From positions 286,515 to 350,514 of the forward strand of contig CAJINV010000024.1 in assembly GCA_905178155.1 (NCBI GenBank): DNA of 64,000 nt, written 5' to 3'. The notes beneath the pieces were generated by a model. It searched no databases. It was not told where the DNA came from and worked only from the letters and a program-made list of their open reading frames with translations. The translations under genes were made by a program, and so were the position numbers. The DNA is from Amoebophrya sp. A120. Its lineage: Eukaryota; Protista; Dinoflagellata. Positions 46,850 through 58,149 of the stretch are shown piece by piece (position 1 is the first letter of the stretch; every line of letters begins with the position of its first letter).

Positions 46850-49710
46850 TGCCCCCCGTCGAGGAGCGGGCGAGGCCTGTCTTAATTACGTCCCCCGGCT
46901 GCCGCCGTGGCGCACGGCAGGCTTGCCGGGGTCGAGCATCTGCAGCGGGGCCCCCGAGCCGTCATTGGCCGCAACAGGGCAGCGGCAACTTGCGCCCGTC
47001 GTTATTCGGATGCGGCGTCTGGCGCTCCGTGTGCCGCTGCAGCGGCGCGCATTCATGGCATTGATTTTATTATGCGTGGCGGGGGTGGGCCTTTAGCTTT
47101 ACCTTTCCAACTGCGCCCGTCGCCCGCCGCCCGCCGAAGACGCGCGTTGCCACATGGCCGCGCGCCCGTTCTATGGCGCCGCCGCCTACCGAAGCCTCTG
47201 TCTTCAAAAATTCTCAACTGCATTTAACGAACAAGAAGCCGTCAAGGCTCGTCGGTTCTTTCTTTGTGGCAGAAAGCCTTTTATTTTGGCAGTGGCAGTG
47301 CCAGTTGTATTCGTTTGCTCGAATCAACGAGAGATGTCCTGGTGGAGAGTTTGTTTGTGGTGCAGAGTGATGTTGTGTTTCCGTTGCGCGCCCCGTCCGC
47401 AGCTCCTTGCTGATTTTCGCGACGCATTGTTCAAAGTTCTTGGAGCGGAGTGTCAGTTGAAGAAAATCCTGAGTGTAGCTGCTGAGGAACTGTGTAGAGG
47501 CACAGCGTTCATCCTGTTAGTGGGCTAGGGCTGCTTTCCAGACACTGCTGCCTTCATCTTGACAGAGCCGATGTTAAAGAGAAGAGGGACATCACGCAGC
47601 GCTGAGGCCGTTTTCAATTTGAGTGATGAGTAACCAACTTTCATAAAGTACTTGGGAGTGAGAAAAGAAGGTCAGGGGCCTTGACGTTAGAAAAGTCCTC
47701 CTACTTGAAGAGAGTTGCACACCTGGAAGAGAGCGATACGGCGAGGCCATATTCCGGAACCATGTGTATATTCGATGCAATCCTTGGACTCGATGATGAA
47801 AAAAAAAAAATCTAGGGCAGTTTATTCATCGATGGCCGCAGACCGAAGTCTCTGCCGTTTCGGCCAGCAGGCGACTCTACTCTTACCGCCGCGCCATCGC
47901 GTTGACGCCCGGCCGCGGGGTCGGCCAGTTTCGGCGGGGCGGTGACCACGGTGGTAAGTGCGGCGGCGACGCAGGTGGTGGCTACGAATGCCGACGACCG
48001 GCGGCCGCCCCCCGGGGAGAAACGGACGGCGCCGGTGTTAAGCCGCCGGCAGGTTGGCTGGGGTCGAGCACCTGGACCGGGCTGCGGGGCCGCGCCGGTG
48101 TCCCGGAGCCGGCACTGGAGGCCGTGCAGCAGCCCGTTCTGCAGCGCGTGACGGCTGTCACGTCCATCGCCAAGGCCTTTGTGGAGGACAGCTTGGGGAG
48201 CGGTGGGCCAAGTCTTGAGCGGAGTGCGCTGCAGTTGGTGCGAGACTTCCCGGACCTGCAGAGGGCGATCGGCGGGGCGGCCGGTTGCCGCCCCCCGTCG
48301 AGGAGCGGGCGGCGCCTGTGTTAATTTTGTCACCCGGCTGCTGCCGTGGCGCGCGGCAGGGTTGCCGGGGTCGAGCACCTGCGGCGGGGCCCCCGAGCCG
48401 GCATCGGCCACGACAGGGAAGCGGCGTCGTGCGCCCGTCGTTATCCGGATGCGGCGTCTGGTGCTCCGTGTGCCGCTGCAGCGGCGCGCATTCATGGCAT
48501 TGGTTTTATTAAGCGCGGCGGGTCGAAGTGTCGCCTGCCGCCCCGCCGACGACGCGCGTTGCCACATGGATGTCGCTCGGGGCACCATGTCTGATATGGC
48601 CGCGGGCCCCTTCTCTGGCGCCGCCGCCTACCGAAGACTCTGTCCTCAAAAATTCTCGACTGCATGTAACCAACAAGAAGCCGTCAAGGCTCGTCGGTTC
48701 TTTCTTTGTGGCAGAAAGACTTTTATTTTGGCAGTGCCCGCATTCGTTTGTTCGAATCAACGAGAGATGCCTTGGTGGAGAGTTTGTTTTTGGTCCAGAG
48801 TCGTGATGTTGTGTTTCCGTTGCGCGCTTCGTCCGCAGCTCCGAGTCCGAGTTGACCGAGAGACCTAAAGAGCTTCCGCTCTGCCGAGATGCACAGTGGA
48901 ATGCTATAATGCGGCATCAAGAGGAACAGTAGCAGCACCAGCAGCAGCAACCTGAGGCTCAGGTTGAGACTCGGTTGCACTCGAGAGCGCCGATGATCGC
49001 GGGCTCAAAAACAACTGCGCGGTTTGCAAGCCGTGTCAAGCTGACAGAAGCCACGGGACGCAAGCGGCGCATGTACCGGAAACGGCGCGAGAGCTGCGGC
49101 TCGGCTTCAGGGGCTGAATTCCTTCTCAGAAACCACCAGGCCGCGCACCGGCCCGGGAAGCCGGCGCGCTGCTCGGGCGCCGCGAAGCGAGAGGCCCCGG
49201 CAGAGAATGGCAGGTCGCGCGGCGCGGGGCTTGTATTCGAAGCGGCAGCGCCCTGGCGCAGCGCAGCCTCGTGGAGGTGGGGGGCCTCACGCGTTGCGCA
49301 CGTATCAGAAGTCGCCTCGTGCCGTGTTGCTGAATGGCGCCGCTTTCCGGCGGCTTTATCACGGGCGCGGGTCTGTACCTGTCTCACCTGCTGGCGCGTC
49401 CAAGACGCCCGTGCGCTACCGTGCGCCACCCGGGGCGAGTAGTCTACGGCCCGCTGGCCTGCCTAGCCCCTCCACCTACCGAGGTCCGCGCATTCATCTT
49501 TACGGCATTTACCAAGCAAAAAGCCATCAAGAGGGCTCGTCGGTTATATTTCTTTCTGGCAGAGAGGCTTTTCGTCAGTCGCGGTACTTGTTTGTTCGAA
49601 TTAATGACCGAAGTCGTGCTCCTTTTTTGTTGTTGCGAGCCGCACGAGAGAGTTGTGTTTTATTACCAGTGTGTTATCCGCAGCTCCGCCTTCGAGTCCG
49701 AGTTGATCGA
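46850..49710. repeat. Three dispersed copies of a ~0.45-0.55 kb GC-rich repeat (~46850-47410, ~48290-48870, ~49290-49710)
   Basis: Shared CCCCCGTCGAGGAGCGGGCG, CAAGAAGCCGTCAAGGCTCGTCGGTTCTTTCTTTGTGGCAGAAAG; third copy more diverged. Confidence 0.8.
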
Positions 49711-50336
49711 GAGGAAGGTTTTGAGCTGTTCGAGGATTGCTGTGATGAGTGATCAAAAGCGGTGAAATAAACCTGAGAAAAAATGTGACCCCCCAATGTT
49801 AAACCGTCTGAACAAAGGCAGGAAGGCCGCACCATCATCGATTCGTTTCTTCGTCAGAAAGAACGAACTCGTGCATGTGCAAGCAATTTTAGTATTTTCC
49901 CGTCAAAAAACCGCAGATTGAGATTTCGAGTTGGATTTCAATTTCAATTCCCTTTCATTTTTCCAAACTAGAACCACCTACCACACAGGGTCGAATAGAT
50001 GATATAAAGAAGTCGTCATTTGCCAAAGCTACTAACGACTTTTATTTCCGCGGACAGTCGAACTGTAGAATTACATCTGTTCGCAGAGCAACTTGTTGTG
50101 GAAGATAGCTCTGGCCGCACACGACGTCAGCGTATCCCGGATCTAGCGTGACCGGGTGGACGAATCTATTGGACAGCTTCTTAAATCAGGGTTGCCGGAA
50201 ATCCTGTACGTCGTACCCTTCGAACAAAGCCGAGCCCCGTGTCCTACTTCTACTGCAGGGCGGTGCGCGCATCCAGCCCCTCAACATCTTCTCCTGAACA
50301 ACTTCGGAACTTTTCGTGTCCTCCACGCCGGGCGAA

Positions 50337-52302
50337 ATGGCGGAGCGGCCTCCCAACGGGGAAGAACAGCACAGTTCTGGACGCGAGTTGTCCGGCTCCG
50401 CGGCAGCCCGACTGTTTCTGAAAGTCCACAAACGACAGCAACTCAAGGACGCGGAGACCGCGGCGCGGGCGAGTGGAACAGCAGCGGCGGATGGGGAATG
50501 CGTTGTCGCTGCAAGAAGTTGCTTTGGAACTGCATCGCCCGACATCAATCCACTGGGCAAGTCGCATGAGGAGCAAGACCAGTCCGTCATGTTTCACCAG
50601 CAAGAACAGTTGCAAACGGAACTGCAGTACAACCCGCCGTTGCGGCGGGAAAACGCTTCGTCGAAGACCAGCTCGTCCGGGAGCCGCGGCGATACCCTGA
50701 GCACAGGAACAGCGCAAGAGAATACCGGCCCGTCCAACAGTAAGGAAAACAGTACCTCCGAAGATACTGCTGGCGGGACTGATGCTCTTGTCCTCGACGA
50801 AGGCCATTTTCAAGTGGCAAACGTTCCGAGAAACGACCAGACGGCGCCCTTGCTACGGTTGCACGCTGCTGGAGCTCCTGCTGGATCCGAGCGGGTTCGC
50901 TCCGAGCTCCTGCTGGACCACAAGTTTACTCCCTCCTCCTCATCTTCCTCTTCATCGAGCGGTGTTCGCGGAGGCGGCGTGGAGGTATCATGTGTCGCTG
51001 GCTGCGAAGTATCAAATGCAAATATGACTGGGTCTGGAAACTTGTAATGCTGGGTTGGGAATAGCAATAGAAATAGTGAATGCTAGCTCTGTAATGCACA
51101 GCCAAGCGTGAGAAATATGAATACATGCGCTGCTTAGTGTTGCGTTTTTCGCAAGACAAGCTGTGTTTTTGCATGACAAGCACAAGGGTCTCTTCTTGGA
51201 CACGCATCACAAACTGTTCAGTCATGCCAAACAAGCACGACAAACCTTGGAGCCTTCCAGATCCAGACGTATTTGCATTTGATACGAAGTCGTTCCGGAG
51301 GGGGATCCTGGTCTACTCCCGGTTAGCAACGAGCTGCCACCAATACGGGTCGTGGAGAAGCGGCACTCGCAACAGCCGGCAAGCGGCAGCAAATCCGCAA
51401 TGCAGCAGGATTATGGCGATGATAAGGCGGCCGCGGCTTCGGGCGGGTTTTTTCCAGCACAACTCGCGGAAGGCAACAAGTTTTGGCAGCAAAATTCGTC
51501 CACGCCGAGATTTTCGGCGCTTGCGGGAAAGCCGTCTACGGACGCACAGAACGATCCCCAGGTCATGGGCATACGCGAGTTTATCGGCGAAGTCGACAAC
51601 GATAGCGAGGGGGGAAAGGATGGTATAGCGTTACTGGGTTTTTTTGATGATAACAATCACTGTTGTTGTAAAAGTTCGATGCTTGTGGAAGTGAAGATGC
51701 CGAGACCTCTTGTCTTCACTCACCATCGCAAGCTGAAGTGGCGCTTCGCGTTTGGTCATGCGGAATTCGTTCTGTGCGCTGAGTGCCCAGTTTGTAATGC
51801 TGATAGTTAGCGACTCAAAAATGAGTCTATCTGGACTCGTTTTTGCAGTGTCCGCATTATGTGCAGTTTGTAATGCTGACACGGACTCAAAAAAACGAAT
51901 TCGAGTCGCGTTGGACTCGTGTCTGCGTAGGTTGGAAGTTGTGTCGCACTCACTTTTGACTTGCTGTACCAATGGAGCGAGTTGAAGGGGCAACATGATC
52001 TCGCACTTGATCACATATCACAATCATGGTTCTCAGGTTCCGCTGTAGTTGCCCTTGCTCAGGAACACCAGCGGCCGGCTTTGCCCCCAAGCGGTCCAGA
52101 GTGCTACCCGCCGCAAAATGCGCTGCAGCATAACGGAATCGACGAACAGCAGAGCAGTGGCAGCAGTAGCATACCGACGCTATCGCGTCGCCCCGCTTCG
52201 GTACCTCGTCAAAACATGCCAACTCCCTGCAGCGCCATGCGTACTGTATTTGAGCTAGAGCTTCGCTGTGTGATGAGAAATCTACTTCGAGCGCCGGCAT
52301 GA
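50337..52302 (+). CDS. Hypothetical low-complexity protein; one introner plus a probable second intron ~51624-51930
   Basis: MAERPP...GCE|VVPEGD...GKDG|SCVALTFDLLYQW...; second junction inferred from GATGG/GTTGG flanks. Confidence 0.6.
51010..51284. mobile_element. Introner family A (opposite orientation to 41957)
   Basis: TATCAAATGCAAATATGACTGGG...CCAGACGTATTTGCATTTGATA; DR CGAAG. Confidence 0.92.
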
Positions 52303-52425
52303 TGATTTTGTCTCGTTGCGCGGGCGCCCGTTCTCGCATCACTAGTTAGCTTCACTATGGGACGACATCAATGTTCAGACTTTAGTTATGGTGTATGGGG
52401 GAGGAATGACGATTTTTTTTTCTGA

Positions 52426-55400
52426 TGCGCCGACTCGTCGTCGCGGCAGGACCACAATAATCCCCAGGGACACGGCGACGACGACCCCATTTTTCCTCCA
52501 GGCTTGGGTTGGACGCAACGCAAAAATCTTGTGGCTCTGCAGGTGAGATGAACTGTTTGGCTTTAACTTTATTTATCAGTACAACAGAATAAATGATTGC
52601 GATGAAGCGAGATGTAAATGTCTTTGTCTCCTTTTGTACTTGTATGATCATGGGTGCAGGTGCAGCCTGGATGACAACACCAAAACCAAAAGTTGCCGGT
52701 GAAGATGCGCGTTTCAGAATTACTTGTCGATCCAAAATAAATTGAGGTGAACAACGGTCTTCGAGCTCCTGAGGTGCCTTTGCCGAACGTGCCGGCCGTT
52801 GTTGCTAATGCTGCTCTACTGCCTGAGCCTGTCGCCGCCGGGGCCGCACCGGCACCTGCGCCGGCCATGCCAGATCGGAACGTGCGTCCCGTACCGCCCC
52901 AGGATTCATTTGCTCGTCCCCTGAACTACCAGCTGCCTAGCAACCACCCGCTGCGGCAGAACCACCAGTGTCCACCGCCGGGGGCCCACCAGCCGATGCC
53001 GATGGTCGGAGACGGTGGGACGTTGAACAACGCGGGTGGAGTTGTTCCCGCAGTCGTCGTCCAGGAGAACAACGGGCAGAACGGTATGAACTGCATAATA
53101 TCTTCCCTGGATGTCTGGAAGATTGCAAGTTTTGTCATGCTAGTCTGGCATGACTCTGAACTCTGTATTGCATGCCGGCGAACTAATAGAAGTCTCTTGT
53201 CTGTCATGCAAAAACGCGGTTCTTATTGTGATGCGGAGTACGCAACTCTTAGCCACGGAAAAACTTGTCATGCTGGGGAGCGCATTACGGTGTGCTCACT
53301 ATTCCCTTTTTTGCATCAGAAGTTTCTAGACATCCAGGGATATTTGCAATGCATAAACGTGGTGGAAGATCATGAACAGGTACAGCATGAAGGACTTCCT
53401 CCCGGTCCTGTGCAGCCAAACCTCCCATCCCGTCCGTTTGACAAGATCCGCGCTTTGCTCCACGATGATGCTGCGCCGCGGAACCACGGGGGGCTCGACG
53501 GGGTTCTTGATGCAAATCGTGCACCTGCTGCAGCGGCTCCTATCCCCAATGCCATCGCGCCGGCTGCCGGCCGCGACCACAGAGTATCAAATGCAAATAT
53601 GTCTCGGTCTGGATGTATCCATGGATTTTTCATGCTAGATTGGTATGACACGAAGCTTTGTATTGCGTGGCTACGAAGTACAGCTCCTCTGGTCGCCTTT
53701 TTCATGCGGAATACGGAACACAGAACCACGGAGAAATCTGTCATGCTTGGTGCAGCATTCCTCCAGGGAGCTTACGACTCACTGACCTGCATCACAAATG
53801 TCCAGACCCAGCAGACATATTTGCATTTGATACAGAGTGCTGTGGGAGGACGATGACGACGCCGCGGACAACTACCCGCGTCCGGATCGATACGACGACC
53901 TAGAAGACGACAGCATCCTGCTCCCCGACTACGGACCCGCTGACATCCGCGTGGGGGCAGTGCTGGCCCGCGGAGGCTTCGGCGTGGTGTACGAGGGGGA
54001 GCTTCTGGTGGGTAGTCCGGATGGTTTACAGCGGCTCTCGCACCTGGAAGGCCAGGAACGCGGCGTAAAGCAGCTCGCGTTGAAGCAGCACGCGGACGAC
54101 AAGCGGGGCGTAGGACGCTGGTTTCGCGACGAACTGGAGATCGCGCAGGAGATCAACCGACTCGGCGGTAATGCGGCGATTCTGCGCGCCCACGGAAAGT
54201 TTGTCGACGCAGAGGAGAACGCGTACATTGTGCTGGACCAGTTTCCCACCGGGAACCTCGCGGAACTCATCGCCACGAAAAGCACCGACGTGTCGATGGA
54301 GCGGCGGATCTCCATTTTGCTCCAAATTGCAGACGCGGTGATCTTATGCATTGCAAAAGGATCGTACGAGTTAGTATGAATTGCATTACAAATTCATAAT
54401 TTCGGAGGAACAAAAATGCTTTTTGTCATGCTATTTTAGGTAGGAAATTGAATTTGTCATGCATATTGGCAATGATAACGAGTGCGATATTTTTGCAGAG
54501 GATAAGCATTCCTGCACACGCACAGCATAGTGCACCGCGACATCAAGCCGGAGAACATTTTGATGACGAACGAGTGGTCTTTATTCTGAGCAAAAACGTC
54601 CCCACCCCAGAGTCAAGATGGGAAATCTGCTAGGCAAATCAACCATCTTGGTCTGTTTCGCATGACAAGTTTGTCCTCGTATTGCTTTTTTTAATAATCC
54701 TGTTTATTTTGATAGCTAGCCCAGCAGCATCAGGTTCAGGCATGCATATTTGCATGACAACTCTGGTCGTGTGGGAATATTTTTACTCAGGATAGTCCCC
54801 GCTGCTCGGCGACCTCGGACTGGCGTGCAAGGTGGACGGGACGAACCACCAATTCGACGAGGGATTCTGCGGTACGCTCGGCTGGTCATACGCGGACTAC
54901 GGCGGTTGGCAACTATGATGGTAAAAATAAAAAAGTCGTGTTTAGTGTGACGCTGTGATGCAGAGCTGTGTACTCGAACAATTTTACGATTTGTTATGCC
55001 AGACACGCATGAAGTGCTCTTCCTTTTGCTTTTCATCGTATATTTTCTTTCTATTCTACTAGCTGTGCATAACGGAGACTGTCATGCGGAGGAAGTTTGT
55101 CATGCTGGGACTCGACGAAGACAACCACAACTACACTATACACAACTTTGTTTCCCTTGCATAGAAGCCCCCCAGGAGCTACTACCTCGACGAATATTCC
55201 GTCGCGATGCTGGCGGGGTGGCTCGTAAGTGAAGAAAAACCGCGGGGGAAGCCGCAAACACCGATTGCGGGATTCTTGAAGAGGATCAAACCGGTGGTGG
55301 CCTGGGACCCGCTGTTTGCGTCGTTCCTGCTCCGCTCGGCAGAACTCCTCGTCAAGGACCGGCTGACGCTGACGGAGCTGCAGCCGGACCTCGCGCTCCT

Positions 55401-55665
55401 GAGAGACGGAATCAACCCCGACGAAGTACACGTCTACCGGCTGCTGCAGAATGCGGGGCTGCCATCGGATACTGTTGAGGACCACCATCAGAGGGTGAGG
55501 TTTTTCAACCAGGTGCTCAACCGCGGCAACAAGCGACAACACGGGGACAACGCCGCAGGGAAGATCAAGCCGGCGAACGTGAGGAACTATGCAAGAAAAA
55601 TCATGCGGCGACTGCGGCCCGACGAAGACCGCGAACCGCTGGAGAATGACGCGCAGGCAGAGTAA
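52426..55665 (+). CDS. Atypical protein kinase (TKL-like) with Pro/Ala-rich N-terminus; 5 IR introns plus a probable GT-AG intron 52543-52746; start unresolved
   Basis: LARGGFGVVYEG, LALKQ, IADAVI|FLHTHSIVHRDIKPENILM, W|SPLLGDLGLA, GFCGTLGW, DEYSVAMLAGWLVSEEKP; assembled only after intron removal. Confidence 0.85.
53085..53355. mobile_element. Introner family A-like (stop-free in frame)
   Basis: TATGAACTGCATAATATC...CCCTGGATGTCT / AGACATCCAGGGATATTTGCAATGCATA; flanks AACGG/AACGT. Confidence 0.85.
53585..53832. mobile_element. Introner family A
   Basis: TATCAAATGCAAATATGTCT...AGACATATTTGCATTTGATA; DR CAGAG. Confidence 0.92.
54345..54504. mobile_element. Introner family C with eroded DR
   Basis: TATGCATTGCAAAAGGATCGTAC...GTGCGATATTTTTGCAGAGGATA; flanks GATCT/AGCAT, yet +5 removal restores FLH-HRD. 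Confidence 0.85.
54582..54794. mobile_element. Introner family B
   Basis: TATTCTGAGCAAAAACGTCCCCACCCCAGAG...ATATTTTTACTCAGGATA; flanks GTCTT/GTCCC. Confidence 0.88.
54914..55163. mobile_element. Eroded inverted-repeat intron
   Basis: TATGATGG...AAAGTCGTGTTTAGTGT / ACACTATACACAACTTT...TTGCATA; flanks GCAAC/GAAGC; +5 in frame. Confidence 0.75.
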
Positions 55666-58149
55666 TGTGGTGGCGGAGGGGGAAGGTGCAGTAGGTCTGC
55701 ACTAGCGGCGGGATGGCGGGGGTAATGTCGTGAGTGGGCAGGAGAGTGAAGAACGGCTTCCTGTTGTGTATGATAAGGTTGCTGTGTATGATCGATATTT
55801 TATCCTATTCAGTTTGAAGATGATAAACCATAAATTGATGACAAGTCGTGTTTAAAAGCGTGATTGGCTGAAGATCAATTTTCAAAAGGATGAATTTCTA
55901 GACGAGAATCATGTAATGAATTTTGTAACTCAAAAACAAACACAAAATAAACCGATAATGAATGTAGTTTATTGCTGATGAATAGCCGTCCAGGTAGAAG
56001 TAGAACTACTTACCAAAAAGAAAACCAAAATTCACACTTTGCTTGTAATTTGTACCCTTCTGCGCAAAAGGAGCAATCTTCCACTGCTGCGGAGGAGATT
56101 CAAAATGGTGCCGCAGTTGCATTTGCGCATCATTTCTACCTACAAGAGAACTATTACCAGCACCCGGTTCGATTTACCCTAAATTTTCCTCGGAATGGAA
56201 CAAACACTGCTGACATCACAGCAAGCGGATTTGCACAGAGCAATCGAAATTTTCCCCACATTATTTTAGAACCATTTTTCTGATCGTGTTATTTTTGAAA
56301 CCTAGCGATTTACATTTACTGGAGTCCTATGGGATTGAGATTCCCCGTGCGACGGTGACGTTCGAAGAGGATCAATTTTTCTACCTGACCAATTTTGTCG
56401 AAGATTTTCTATGCAGTTGCAGCTAAGCATATGACGTTTTCCATATTTTATTGAACGCACCACTACCGTGCCAACTGGATCGGAATACACCACCAGTTTA
56501 CACCAGTTTCAAGAAGTGAACAGAGAATATAGCAGCGATTTTGAGATACAAACCAGATTTCAAGAACGTCACATGCAGGATGGGAAAGTTTGGGGATATA
56601 CGGCCTGTCAGACACTACGCCTTGTCCCAGAAGCTTTTCTGCATCTCGCACAGATTAATAAAATGTTTTTTTGCACAAAAAATTGTGACTGAGAAATAAA
56701 AAATATGTTGTTTCTGAGGCACCGGCGGGCACTGATCGCCTGGCTTGTTGATACTGCTCGATTGTTTATGGTGTTCGTCTTCGTCTCGCATTTGATTTTT
56801 ATGGGTTTCGTCTTCGTCTCACACGATTTGATTGTGAACCCTTTTCAAAAGAAGTAACGATAAAGCCATGTTGTATCAAGGTCAATGTAAACCGCGCCTG
56901 ATGCTAGTGATCTTTTGCACGTCACGTAAATGCACAGTATCGTATGCCGTAACTCGTGAAATTTTCTTACGCGTTCGTTCTAGTACCACAGTGAGTAGCG
57001 ATTGGCGAAATTATTGGCAGCGTACGACGCTTGTGCCAGGGAGTCATGCTGATTCGTACCAATGGCTTGATGGCGCTGCAAAAGCCACAAGAAGGATAGA
57101 AGTAGTCGTAGCGGATAATCGCAAGTCGTTGTTGATGTCGTGCACAGCAGAACAGTTCGTGGCACGTAAAAAATGCAACATCGTGCTATCTGCATGTTAT
57201 TCGTTCGTACGTGAAGGTTGCAGCAAGATTCCAACTTGACGTTCTTCCGAAACAGAACTTGTGCCAGAATAAGTAGTCTCATACATAGTCGTCGTCATGT
57301 CCAAATTCAAGGATGTCTTTTTCTTCATGCTATGTTGTCTAATACCGTTCGCGCCCATAATCGCCATCTGAAATTTATTTCTCAAACCAGGTAGTTTTTC
57401 TTTTTGTTTTTTTGGTTCCCCCAAGAGTCGGCACTTCGCATACTAGACGCCTCCGCTCCGTAGGAAGAAGTCGTAGTTGCCATTTGATGAAAGAGTCACT
57501 CATTCTCCTTAAGCAACAGCATGGTTTTGATGTGCACGCGAAACGTCCAGCGGCGACCAGTTTGGTTGAAAGAATCCTGTGCTGAAACGAACATGCGAGC
57601 TTGCAACCCCGTACCAGTGTTTCGCCTCGTCGAGAATGGCATCTCCGGAACAGCAATGCCAGCGAGTGATATCATCAGCGTTCACCGCAACAGCAAGCAG
57701 GTAGAGGCGTAGATGTAAAGGCGTAGTTGATACATAAGTACTTACGCCAAAACGAGGACACCGTGCTTCCCCCTCACTGTCCATCGGAGCCGAAAGGGAG
57801 CCAATGGTGCCGTTGAGGCTGACGCAGACGATCCTGACCCTGTAATAAGAAAAATCGGAAAATAAAGCGAAAACCGGAAGAATGAGCATCGGGAGCGCTG
57901 GCTTTGTAAGATGCCACATTTTCGAGAGCCGACAGAGCAGCCACGAGGACCAAGTGCTTACATCAACTTCTAGTCGCATTTAATCCAAAGTGCAGCACCC
58001 ACCTCCTCCAAGAAACAGGTGTGTCGACGGAATTTGCGGTATCTTGTACCTGGACATAGAAGTAGAGTAAAACCATTCTCTGGACGAGGCTGTGTTGTTG
58101 GGAGCGCGACGTCAGTTGCTCGCCTCATTTGCTGGCTGCAGTTGCCGTC

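Noticed and set aside
12118-51284. Recurrent peptides (KMSGSGR, KNVPTPE, FQTQT, LPDPDIF) as a novel repeated protein domain
   Set aside because: They are translations of introner TIRs in all frames and both strands
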